NCBI RefSeq assembly: GCF_018977255.1
Contig: NW_024704743.1
Coordinates: forward strand, 29,142,001 to 29,206,000
DNA length: 64,000 nucleotides
Reading direction: 5' to 3'
Source of the DNA: Callorhinchus milii
Lineage: Eukaryota
A program made the position numbers and the translations under genes. Below the pieces are notes generated by a model, which worked only from the letters and a program-made list of their open reading frames with translations, was not told the origin of the DNA and ran no database searches. Numbering within the stretch: position 1 is the stretch's first letter; every line of letters begins with the position of its first letter. Shown here one piece after another: positions 13,502 through 25,400 of this stretch.

Positions 13502-13885
13502 TGGAGTCGCGTATCTTAGTGGTTAGAACACTCACCTCGCAAGCGAGAGGACCTGGGGTGATTCCCGGGCAGGCCGAAAAGTTGGGCAAGTTTCCTAACT
13601 CTACACGCGTCTGTTAACCTAGCTGTAAATTGGAATCCAGCTGTTAGTCAATTGGCGGATCGATTTTCCGGCGGTAATAATCCCTACCAAAACAATTAAT
13701 CATAATAATTTGTTCACTCAATCCATGACTGTTTGTGGGACACTGATGTGCCCAATTGGCTGCTGCGTTTCGCCCACAAAGTATACAGTCAATTCACTTT
13801 ACAGTATATTCTGTGAAGTGCTTTGAGACATCTCAAAGACATGATAAGACGCTATACCAAATGCAAGAGTCATTATTATTATTAT
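13502..13885 (+). mobile_element. SINE family A, long variant, full length
   Basis: tRNA-like head, ttgggcaagtttcct, internal tctgttaacctagctgtaaat segment, tgtttgtgggacac block and (ATT)n tail. Confidence 0.9.
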
Positions 13886-14649
13886 AACTGCTCACTATGA
13901 TAGACTTTTGTTTGCAGGTACAATCTTTTCCCAAAAGTCCATCTTTGGACAGGCCATTTCCCATTAGTTTGTTTTATTTTAATCATATAAACCACAATGT
14001 TCTTTTCTGGTCTAGTTCATTGATTGCTCTGTTCCTATCGATTCTTCACAATCATTCACTTTCCAAACCCTCAGGAAATGCACATAAATTGCAGTTTAAA
14101 ATGAGGTGTGAAATGATCCTGTTAATAATCTCTTTCTACCAGATAACTGTTAAACAAAATTCACCAGATAGCATGTAAATGACTGACAGCTTTAGCAATT
14201 ATAACTATTAAAACAGGAAATTTGCCTGCAGGAAGGGATCCAAAGAATCTAGTGATTCAATACATGTTCTGCTAGAAATCAATGAAGTGTTCAACCACTA
14301 ATTGTGAGTAGTCCTCAGGTAATTCTCTTTTATCATTCAATCTGTGGTGACCAACAGATAACCTCTGTCTCAATGCAACACAGTTGCCAAACTACAGCAA
14401 ACCTGACATCAATATTTCTCCCAGTTATCCTGGTATATATCCCTCTCCAAATGTATCCCCAAGGAATGAATTTGGCTGCTCATCTTTTTTATTTACAGGA
14501 CGTTACTCGCGCAGATTAACTGTTGTTTTTCAACATAAAACACTCAGTTAATTTCTGATCTGTTATTGTCTGTAAAGAGGTTTGAGACATTTATTTTTGT
14601 GCACAATGTTATGATTATATTACATAGAAAAAGACAGAACTTCATAACT

Positions 14650-15110
14650 AATTTTATTCCTTGCATTTGATATAGTACCTTTAACATTGGGAGAATGTCT
14701 CAGTGCTTCACAGGATTTGTTGTAAAGTGCTGTATTTTGTTGGCAAATATGGCAGACAATTTGCATACAGTGAAGTCCTACAAACAGTCATGAGGTGGAT
14801 AATCAATTTTTATAGCATCTTGACATATTGGAGAGTCTCAAAGTATTTTACAAGTAAGTTCTGTGAAATAACATACAAGTGTAAAGAGTATATTTGTAGC
14901 AAGTGACAGTGATTTACGTCAACAAGTGCTCCCACAAATAGCCAGGCACTGAAAAAACGTTTAATCTGAAACATTAGTCAGACACTGGGAAAAACTCTTC
15001 CCTCCTCCTTTCAGAAAGTGTAATGAGATCTTTAATATCCAGCAAAATAGATAGACATGACCTTGGTTTAACACCTTATTCAAAAGACTGCACCTTTGAC
15101 AATACATAAG
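14650..15110 (-). mobile_element. Degraded SINE fragments (family A tail and SacSINE1/Deu-like body)
   Basis: ccttgcatttgatatag tail, cctacaaacagtcatgag and gatctttaatatcca...ttggtttaacaccttatt match the reverse of 61665-62205. Confidence 0.55.
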
Positions 15111-16739
15111 CTATCACAACTCAATCCATCAATCTGACGGGCTCAACAAAAACGAGTTTGCTCAATGATTTTTTATGTAATTTCTGCTAACAACCTAACC
15201 TTGAATTACAAGTGCATATTTAAAACAAACTTTCAGTGTTGTACTGACACTACCAAAACCGACAACTTTACATAGCGCCTTTCATGCAGGATAGCATCTT
15301 ACATTGCTTGCCAAGAATACTGGGATGATGATTAAAGCCATCAATACATTGTAATTACAATTCTCCATGCATCTGAAATAACACTTCATTACTTTCAAGC
15401 CAAATTGTAAACTCAGTAATAGATAACTCCTACACAATCATTAGTCAAGTTTATCATTTTATTCCACTCAATATCTTCATGGTAACTACATTCTTTAGTG
15501 AATCTTGTGAAGTGCTTTGAGACATGCTCCCAATTCAAAATGGATTATATCAGGTGCTAGGATTGTTATTAACTATTATCATCTTCTTCAAGAGCTTCTG
15601 AGCAGATCGTACTTTTAGTGCCACAAAATGTTAATTGCTCTCCAACAGGAGGCAGACTTAACTCTGAAAATATGGCGCTTTCCTTCAAAGATTATGAATG
15701 AACTGGGAAACTTTTCCTCAGAGTAGAGAAAATGCAGAAATTAATTTACATCAAAAGAACTTAATGTCATATTACTTAAGTCTGTTTTAAAAAAAACTAG
15801 ATAGATAGATATTTGTTTGGTTACACAAGTAATGAAATATTCAGAAATTTCCATATTCTATGGAAACAGCTGATGAGAGTCAGAAACATACATTCGAAGA
15901 TTAAATTAATAATCTGATATTTTGGTAGGAAGATGTTTCACAGATCTTTAACTTCTTTACGTTCACTGTAGTTGCTCACCCCGTTAATAGATTAAATGGT
16001 TTAAGGCCATTGTACTGACATCAAAAACTTTAGGGTGGTGATTAAAGTCATCAATGCGTATGAGTTCATTTGGACTTTCTAAGTTAAACAGGCAGCTCCA
16101 TATTGCTTTTACGCTATGCTTCAATCCTGCTATACAGGAGCCTGAATGTGTAGCAAGCGTAACTGGCCTTTATGACCGTCAATTACTTTTGGCCAAGTTA
16201 CTGTACTTCTGAACTGTGTGTGAACTGTGTCACAATCAAGCAAAAGATTTAATATTTAAACTGGACTAAACTCATTTTCAATCCTTTCACACTTAAAAGT
16301 AAACATTAGTATTAGTATGTTTTTAATTGAAAAGACTTGAACATCTTGACTCTGTTTTTCATCAACCTGAGAGGTGGAATGTGGAGGTGGGTGGCTGTTG
16401 AGGTGAAATATCAGAATGGAGTCAATCTCCTGTGACGGTCTCGGTAGTCTGGTTCCTGAGTCAGGCGAGTCTGCAGTATTCCAGGATACTACTGATGACA
16501 GACCAGCCAGTTTGGCTCATCAGCAGAACTTGAAGGAGCAGAATGATCACTGGAAGCAGGGATTCTTTCCACTCAACTATTGTTCACGCTACAATCCAAA
16601 GCCCTAATGGTTAGGGTGGCCCAAGATGGGCAAGCAGCAGGATGTTTGCTAGCCAGTGTTTGCAAAGGTAAGCAATGCGGTTTTAGCTGATTAAATTCTA
16701 GAAGTACCCCAACGCGCATTCTGGGACAGACAGAGAGAC

Positions 16740-17125
16740 AGACAGATATGCATCACCTTGTGTAACACTGGGAAGAATGTCCATGGTCTATACTGAATTT
16801 GCTGGGCAGCTATTATCCAGAGTATCCTATGGGTTGGGAAATGAAGAAAATCTCTCAGGATTCTTACCCCTAATCACTATACAGTGACTCATGCTGGAAA
16901 GAACACAAGTGTACATAACAGATCAGGAACATCAGACTTGGCTGTAATTTCCTTGATACAGCTAAATAGAGTGCAAAAGCTCACTGGCATATTTAACTGA
17001 AAAGAACATTTTTTTGTGAGGTATTTATAATAAGATTGTTAGAACAAACTGTTACGCATGAAGAATGACCAACTGGGCGATGTATCAGAGGGTAGCTAGC
17101 CCTCATGTTACCATACCCAGCAAAC
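16740..17125 (+). mobile_element. Ancient interspersed repeat family B (SINE-like)
   Basis: Shares ordered motifs (ctgaatttgctg, cagtgactcatgctggaaag, cagacttggctgt, catgaagaatgacca.ctggg) with 52290-52630 and 55400-55745. Confidence 0.55.
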
Positions 17126-17631
17126 ATCAACACTTACTCTGAAAAGAAACTTGATGAAAAGAATGTAACTGTAGCTCTGAATTTCTAATAGAGAAGTTAG
17201 TGCCAGGCAGAGGCTTACATGATCTGTCTTGCAGGTTGGCTTACCAAATTAGTTTGGAACAGAAAACTCATTTACTATTTCTGATGATGGTAGATCATTT
17301 CAGTACTAGGCTGGACATGTCTAATCATTTTAACAAAACAGTTTGTCAATGTCTAATCATTTTATCAACAAAATGTCTTTTATTTGTTTTACATCCATAA
17401 AAGCTGAAGGCCTTGATATTCAAGAGGCACTTTCTATAAAAGAAAAAAATGGTTAGAGTTAAAAACTAAACTAAATCATTCTTTGTGATGTTGCCATTTC
17501 TCTCACACACATATTTGCACATTTCTAGCAATCTGGTCTTCATAAAATGATGATCCACCCTGTACCTAGCTCTCCTTAGTGGCCTAGTGGGCAAATTAAC
17601 TCTGAGTAGATCTGTTCATCTTAGCTCCGAA

Positions 17632-17812
17632 ACAACAACAACAACATCAACAAAATTACATTTGTATAGCGCCATTCACGTCGGGAGGACATTCCAAGAT
17701 GCTGGACAGACAGAGTTACGGACCCGAGCTAAGAGTTGGGGTGGGGGAGGGGGGAGGGCAGGGGAGGGAAACAGGGAGATCGAAAGCACGGTCGAAGAGG
17801 AGGGTCTTAAGA
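17632..17812 (-). mobile_element. L2 3' tail
   Basis: (caa)n-ttacatttgtatagcgcc..tcacgtcgggaggac...gtcgaagaggagggtcttaag is the reverse of the L2 tail. Confidence 0.8.
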
Positions 17813-18117
17813 CACCACTTACCTTGCCTTCTCCCCCGCCCCCATATCCAGAGGTTAGTCACTACTTGGTCACTAGACATCTAACAAGTTCAAGTTTCAG
17901 CTCTCAATAGGTGAGCAGCACAATTCAGTATGAAATATGTGAGAACATTGCCACCATCCTCATATTCACAGCTCAAATCCACTCAGTTGGAAGTACAAAG
18001 ATTTGGTTGCATACCAACAGATACCAACCTGAAACACTTGTTAAAGCACATGCCAATAAATACCAAGCCCTGCATATATGGCCTGAAAATACCCGGACTA
18101 CAGGTAACATAGGTAAC

Positions 18118-19160
18118 TCCAGTGGGGGGGAAGGTGGCTATAAGCACGGTCGAAGAGGAAGGTTTTCAGACGGGACTTGAAAAAGGGTAGAGAGGGGACA
18201 AGGCAGGAGGATTGAGGGAGAGTGTTCTAGAGTCTCAGGGCGTAGTGGCTGAAAGCGCGACCTCCGATGGTGGAGCGGAGGGTGTGGGGGATGAGCAGGA
18301 GGCCGGTACCAGTCGAGCTGAGGCCTCAGGTGGTGGATTTGGGAATGAGGAGGTTGGCGAGGTAGGGAGGTGCCAGAGAGTGAAGGGATTTGAACACGAG
18401 TGTGAGGATCTTGAAGTCAATCCAATAGGTAATGGGGAGCCAGTGGAAACTGGCCAGAACTAGTGAGATGTGGGAGGTGGCAAACACATGCATGAGGGTT
18501 TCACTGCATTTGGGGTAAGGTATGGTCGGAGGCAGGCAATGTGTTGTAGGTGGAAGAAGGCTGTTCTGGTCGGGGACCAGATATGGGGGAAGAAGGACAG
18601 CTGGGGTCGAACAGGATGCCTAGAATGCACACTGGTTCGGTGAGTGTGAGGGAGAGCCCACGGAGGTTGAGGAGTTCAGATCCAAAGGAGTGAAGACATC
18701 GACAGGAGCCAAGGAGTATGGCTTCCATATTGTCCACATTCAGCTGCAGGAAGTTTACACTCATCCAGGTACTGATGTCTGCCAGACAAGCTGATAGAAC
18801 ATCGGTGGACTTGGAGTTGGTACTGGAGGAGGCATAGTAGATTTGTGTGTCATCCTCATACTTGTGGAAGTTTACCCCATATCTGCGGATGACATCACCC
18901 AGAGGGAGCATATAGTTAAGGAAAAGAAGAGGGCGAAGGATGGAGCCTTGGGATACACCACAGGTGACTGAGCAGAGGCAGGAGGAGAAACCATTTGCCA
19001 AGATGAAATGGAGGTGGTTGGTTAAGTAGGTCTCGAATCATACGAGCATGGTCCCACTAAGGTGGATGAGGCTGTGGAGGAAGATGGCGCTGTCGACTGT
19101 GTCGTACGTGGCAGAGAGATCCAGGAGGATGAGGAGGCAGGAGGACTTCTATCCTCGCCT
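18118..19160 (-). mobile_element. Decayed L2 LINE RT fragment
   Basis: VTCGVSQGSILRPLLF, YEDDTQIY, WMSVNFLQLN and ILGILFDP in ORF 18501-19001; tail homologous to the other copies. Confidence 0.9.
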
Positions 19161-20552
19161 GGCACCACTGACCCTAGCAGATCAAATTCAAGATCCTCTG
19201 CCTCAATTTCCAATGCCTTCATGGCCTCATTCCACCCTACCTCTGTAACCTCACTGCATCCCTACTGACCCGAGAACTCCCTCCAAACTCCAACCTGCTT
19301 TACAAATTGATCCATAAGGCATGGTACAGCTGTTTAAAGAATTTAAAATTGTTGTTTAAATTGTTATTCAGAAGGAAAGTCATGATAACTTCAGTTTTTT
19401 GCTGAAGTTATCATGACTTTCCTTTTGAATAACAATCTAAGCTTGCCTTGTAAGAAAAAATACTACAAATGAAGAAAGAGCATATGGATGCACAAATTTG
19501 TGTGCACTAATTCTACAATTATTGTACACTGTCCTGCTGCATTGTAGGTTTGTACTGAAGCTTGTCTTCCATTAGGGTATTGAATTTTAGATACTGTAAC
19601 AACCTGAATGGGGAACTATTGTAAATTGAGTGGATTGATATGGGAGGTTTCTTTGCGCCCGATAACGTTTTCATCACTTAAATCTGTGGTAAAAATGCTC
19701 ACTAACTTCTCACTAACAATGGTCACTATGCTCACAAATAATAGCAAAAAGCTGTACAATGGAGCTAAGGAGCACATAATTCACTGTTCTCTTCAGCTTA
19801 AAGAACGATGAGAACTACATTATTCCATGCCATTGATTCTTTCAAACATATAGTTGAATCCCATGAAATTTGCCTTTTTGTGTATCAGTTATTAAAGTGA
19901 TTTGACACTAACTTTTAGATAAATACTATTGTATCAGCAATACCAAACAAATCCTGCTATAGTTATTCAGTTATTATGATTTTGATGCACTAGTTGATCA
20001 ATTATCCTTCTTTCTATGTCACAATCAAACAAACAAATCAACAGAATAAATATATAATTCTGCATACAGTACTGTCAATGTTCTTCAAAATATTCCAAAT
20101 AGAAATTTAGAGAGTGGATTGAGGAAATTGTAGTATCATTTATCAGTCTTAAAATCATTTGTGATTCCTCTATATCTAAGCATTCATTTGTTTGAATAAA
20201 AATGGAGCAGATCCATCAATAAATCAGATCCAAGTGTAGAATTCCAATTATGTGGAACATAATTATTATCCAAGGATAATATTTCTCACCACATTGAATA
20301 CTTCTCTATCCTGTATTAATAAGAATTCTGGTGTAAAGATTGTATCTGAGACTTTTTGGGGGTCAGTCAAAGGTGTAGTCAAAAAGATAAGACTTCAGGT
20401 GAATTTTGAATCATAGATGCAGAGGGATTTTCCGAGAATGTTCCAGTTCATCCAATAAATAGTTGAAAACTTGTCCATCAGTGGGGATCACAGTAGGTAG
20501 GGAGCATGAAGCAAGCCTGGCAAAGACAAGGGAGTGTCCACAGGGGAGTAAA

Positions 20553-21345
20553 AACAACAACTTGCATTTATATAGTGCCCTTCACACAGAGTAGCATCTT
20601 GGAGTGCTTAGCAATGGTGGAGCCTGATGCCGAGCCTAATAGGACGTCCCAAGGTGCTGGACAATCAGGTATTTGAACCTGAGCAGTGGGTTGGGATCAG
20701 GAGATTTGGAGGATAGGGAGTGTAGGGGTAAGAGGTGGGGTCGAAGAGGAGGGTCTTGAGATGTGCCTTGAATGAGGCAAGGAAGGGGGCAAGGTGAAGG
20801 GATCGTGGGATGGAGTTCCATAGGGGGGGCAGAGAGTCTGAAGGTCTGACTGCCGATGGTGGGGCGGGCCAGGTGGGGAATGTGGAGCAAGCCGGAGCCT
20901 GCTGAGTGGAGGGAGCGGACAGGTCAATATGGTGTTTGCAAGTCACAGAGGGGCAAAGCAGTGGAGGGCTTTGAAGGTGAGGACAGGGATTTTAAACTCT
21001 ATCCTCTGGGGGATGGGTAGCCAGTGGAGCCGGGTGAAGGTGAGATGATAAGGTCACGGAGCCAAGACAAGGGACTTAAAATCAATCCGCTGGGAAAGTG
21101 GGAGCAGGTGAAGCTCGACTAGGACAGTGGTGATGGACCTGCAGAGCCTGATGTGAGAGTAAATGATTGCCCCAGAGTTGTGAATGATCTGGCGCTTGTG
21201 GAGGGTGAAACAGGGGAGGCCGGTGAGCAGGGCATTGGAAACAGTGTGTTTGGAAGTGAGAAGGCATGAATGAGGGTTTTAGCTATAATGAAGGTGAAGC
21301 AGAGAGCAATGTTCCAGAGATGGAGAAAGGCTGACTTGCTCAAGG
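20553..21345 (-). mobile_element. L2 LINE 3' fragment with tail
   Basis: SAFLHLWNIA and LWNSIPRSLHLAPFLASFKAHLKTLLFD, ending in a tataaatgcaagttgttgtt tail. Confidence 0.85.
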
Positions 21346-21849
21346 ACAATAAATTATGTTTATTTCCCAAAATAAAATAGATTAAAATTCTGTAAAATAG
21401 ATCTTCAGTTTTTGTTTGAACCTGCTCCAGCCTACGATTTGTTGTATTTGAATTAAATGGAAGATGGCTGATGTATCATAGGACAAAATGTACCAGCCTT
21501 TTGAAATTTCAAAAATGTACATATTTAACTAATCCTAATCTCATTTGTGTCTCATAGAGCTTCAGGAAGTATATGACGTGCTCATTGCTTCAAAGAACCT
21601 TGTTTTGATCTCCACCCTGTGCAGGGGATTAGAAAGGTAGTGACTTAATTATTTTGATGGATTAAAAACGACCTAAAATATGAGTGGGCTGGGAAATTAA
21701 CATGGGGTCTTAAAAATTCACACCCAGTGAACAAAGGGCATTGAGCCCCTCAAACTTGCAAACCTAATTGTGCAATATAAAATATTTCACAAAGTATTTC
21801 ATAAAGTATTTCTATGTGGATAGATTCAGCTCTTCAAAATGATGGAAGA

Positions 21850-22111
21850 TCCAGGCAGGGCGAAACCTTGGGCAAGTTTCCTTACTCCACACGCCTAATA
21901 ATAATCCCTCCAAAAAAAAATAATAAATTGGTCATTTTCAATCTACGACTGTTTGTGGGACATTGCTGTGCGCAATTGGCTGCCGCGTTCGCCCAAAAAT
22001 ATACAGTCAATTCTCTTTACAGTCTATTCTGTGAAGCACTTTGGGACGTCAAGAAGACGTGAAAAGCGCTATATCAAATGCAAGGATTATTATTATTATT
22101 ATTATTATTAA
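21850..22111 (+). mobile_element. SINE family A, short variant, 5'-truncated
   Basis: cagggcgaaaccttgggcaagtttcc...caaggattattatt, near-identical to 9523-9820. Confidence 0.9.
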
Positions 22112-22865
22112 TGCCAAAAAAAACTAGTGCCTCATCATTTTTTTCTTGATCTTCTCTGTTGATGAATTGCACCGTTTTAGTCATGTTTCTTAAGGTCGGT
22201 CCATTAAATTCCACTAGATGGTGTAGTTGAACGAGCTGGAGACCTGAAGGAGAAACCTGACGAATGAAACGTTCATTTCATATTCCGTGTGATTACAATA
22301 CAGTTCATGGCGTTTGCATAACATACAAAATACAAGAAAATTCTACATGTAAATATGAGATTGGATATGTTGCATTGTAACACCCGGTGATACTCATATG
22401 ACTAAAGACTAACTGATATATATTTTCTTTTGTTGAACGTCGCCTAATTTGGTCCATGGTATTTGGAAAGGTAAATACCAAAAGTATGTTATTCCTTTGA
22501 CGTTAAGACAATGTAACAGGTGATGCACTTAAAGCGCTATAAATGGGGAGGGAAAAAACTGTCGATCGGTCCAAAGGTTGTGAAGCCCCGCAATATAAAT
22601 AAAAGCAACAATCCGCGACAAATCTTACCCGTTGCAATTTTCACGTTGAAGTGATATTTTCTGAGAAATCCCAGTCTTGAGAGACCGAGCCTCCGTTTTC
22701 TTCTCGCCCCCTCCCAAATACATCGCGTGTTGAGTCCCTTCATTTAACCTTCATTGAGTCCCTTCATTTAACGAACGAGCAATGTTTTCCACTCAATGGA
22801 CTGATCTGCACAGTCGAATCTACCAATTCAAATCAATCAATCAATCAATCAATCAATCTGCCTCC

Positions 22866-22962
22866 ACACACAGTCGATTCACTTTGCAGAATATTCTGTA
22901 ATTCTCTTTGAGACGTCTCGAAGACGTGAGAAGGCGCTATATCAAATACAAAGGGTTATTAA
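22866..22962 (+). mobile_element. SINE family A tail fragment
   Basis: cagtcgattcactttgcag...tttgagacgtctcgaagacgtgagaaggcgctatatcaaat. Confidence 0.7.
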
Positions 22963-24539
22963 TTATCTCGTTATCCATCTGTCTCTGTGTCTGTCCGTCT
23001 CCCCACCCGTCTGTCTGTCCAATAGTGCAGTATATACTATTTGACGTTGCTTTAAAAAGCTTATCGATGCACAAGGGAATACTTGCAAGCCCCAAGAAAC
23101 AAGTTTTCGTTGTGCTTTTTTTAAAATCAAATGATGTCCCAGGTCTGCACCTCTCCGCACCTGTCCCGTGGTTCACAGTCAGAATAATGTTGGCGTCGAC
23201 TGTCCTGTGTACAAACAGTCACCCCGACCCATGGTCAAGGAACTGCATTATATTTTATTTTATTGATGGGGAAAACAGCTCCTCGCAGACCAGAAACGCG
23301 TAGTTTTTAATTGCAACGAATGAAATTCTACCTCGAAGCGCCCAAGAAACTCGTTAACGCGCACAACGTGCAATTTGCTGCATTTAATTGACCTTTAAAA
23401 AATAAAATGTCAAAATGAAAACAATATATATTCAGCCAACTTGTGATGTGGTATTTTAATCCGTGCGCTCTCGGATCTGTTTTCTCGCTATATATAATAT
23501 ATTTACAGTGTGCGTATATATATATATAGTTACAGTACCTGCTTGAAACCTTTATTTTGATTATTATTATTTTGCAAGAGGCTGTGATGTATTTATTTCT
23601 GCTTTTTTAAGCTGCTCTTGCAGCCTGCTCGCAGTTTGTTCCAACGTGGTTTTGCAGGAGCCGATGTGAAACAAGCGAGGGATTGTCTGTGGCTCCAAGC
23701 AGAAAAAGGCAATGTTTTGGGTCAGTTTGGGCGGATCGTAGCCCATTCGGAACAGTTAAAAAAAAACACAGCGAGACACTCAGGACTCGGGGCTTTCACA
23801 TTCCCTTTAGAAGTGGTCGGACCTCAGGCAAACATGTGTGTGTGTGTGTGTCCTTGTTCCTCACTGAGATAAACGTTCTGCTTTCCCAAAGTGAGGATTT
23901 TCATACTTTTGCTCCATTTGATTCGTTTTCACGTAGTTATTTTTTTTTTGCGCTTATTCAAACCTGATGAGAAAACGTTGCCCCGAGGGGATCGCTGAGC
24001 CCACGACTACAGGGGGTGGGGGGAGCCTGGCTGGGTGCCGGGCACAAAATTACAAGTGTGGCATTTAACAGATCGTGCCTTTTTTTGTTGTATAGTTATT
24101 TCTGCAAATGCATAAACTAACCATTTCCTACTTCAAGCCTTTTCTCGTCCGGTATGCACCAGAGTTTGTGGCACTTCACTGTTATTATTTTGATGTGTTC
24201 TGTAATGTAAAAATTCAACATTTCCTCGCTTCGTGTCACGTTATATTTATTTTCAGTAACTTCAAACGTTTGAATAAATGCCATGTTATACCCTTATAAA
24301 TTGCCAGCTGTTTGCCTTAACATGAGAGCACATTTATAACTCATGTTGGCAAAACAAAACACGTCTGCCCGCTCGGTCCCAATGGTTCAACCTGTTTGTT
24401 TTGTTTGAAGAGTAAACCTGGATAAATGCGGAATAAGTTTAACCCTTGATTTCCGGGGGGGGGGAGGGGGGAATACTCTGCCAATCATCAAATAAAGAGT
24501 AAATGAAAATGCAACGCATTGAAATAAAAACTGAGCCGT

Positions 24540-25400
24540 TCCCGTCAGCGGCGTTCCCATAAATCCACTTTACGGTGGAAATAGCAGTGGTGCTAAATGG
24601 TGGAGCAAACCCTGGATCCAGTGTTGCACCGAGTGCGACACCGTGTTGTCTCAGCCGGTGGTTTTGCTGTCACTTCTCGAGTTGCTACTGAAAGCGGTGG
24701 ACGAACTTTTGCAGTGAAATCGTGCAAAAGCGCATCGCGGCCGTGTCCGGTTAATGAGCTCGTGTGTTGCAGCCTCTTTAACGGGACGAGGGGTGGGTGG
24801 GAGGGGGGGGGGGGGGTGGGATGGGGGGATCTTTTTATGTGAAATGTGTGTGTGTGTGTGGGTGTAGCTGTAGGTGCGTGTGCGTTAAGGACGCGCAACT
24901 CATCCTCATCCGCAACCCGACTTTAGCGGAGGCTCGCTGCCTGCGGAGGAGCACCGAGTCCTGCCCCCAGGGGGCGCTTGGAGTACACGCTCAGCACACG
25001 ACCCCCAGGTGTCGGTCCGGCTGCCGCGTCTGTCGGGTCCCTTCTGCGAGCGCTTCAGCGCTCCGCAGTCGCGTCAAGTGGATGGATTTCCTTCTGCTCT
25101 CGGGGGGGGGGGTCGTCGTTTTGATTTTGGTCGCGGCAGAGAATCGATGGGGGGGGGGGGGGGGGGGGGGGGCGGCCTCTCTCATCCCGTCGTATTTCGT
25201 CGTGCCATCGTGCGTGTGAATGCGTTGCTGGTGGAAAAAGGCACCGTCGAGGTTTTCCTACGTGACGTTAAATAAAATTGGGTCGTTTTGGGATGAGTTC
25301 CTACGCGCGTCGAGCATTGGGTTTCTAAAATACGCATTGCATGAAATTTCCCCATATCGCAGTTGCTCCGACGGAACGTATGAAAACGTTTGCGGTTTCT
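24540..25400. promoter_or_regulatory. CpG island-like segment ~5 kb upstream of FOXC1
   Basis: High GC and dense CG dinucleotides by eye, with several long G runs (e.g. ~25149-25172) and no credible ORF. Confidence 0.6.

Noticed and set aside
22728..22860. 19-nt duplication ttgagtcccttcatttaac and (TCAA)n; similar small duplication near 57005-57050
   Set aside because: Typical replication-slippage products with no further structure.
22244..23980. Hammerhead-like words ctgacgaatgaaacgtt (~22258) and ctgatgagaaaacgtt (~23964); also ctgatgagagtcagaaac (~15870)
   Set aside because: No stem II or flanking helices could be built; consistent with chance.
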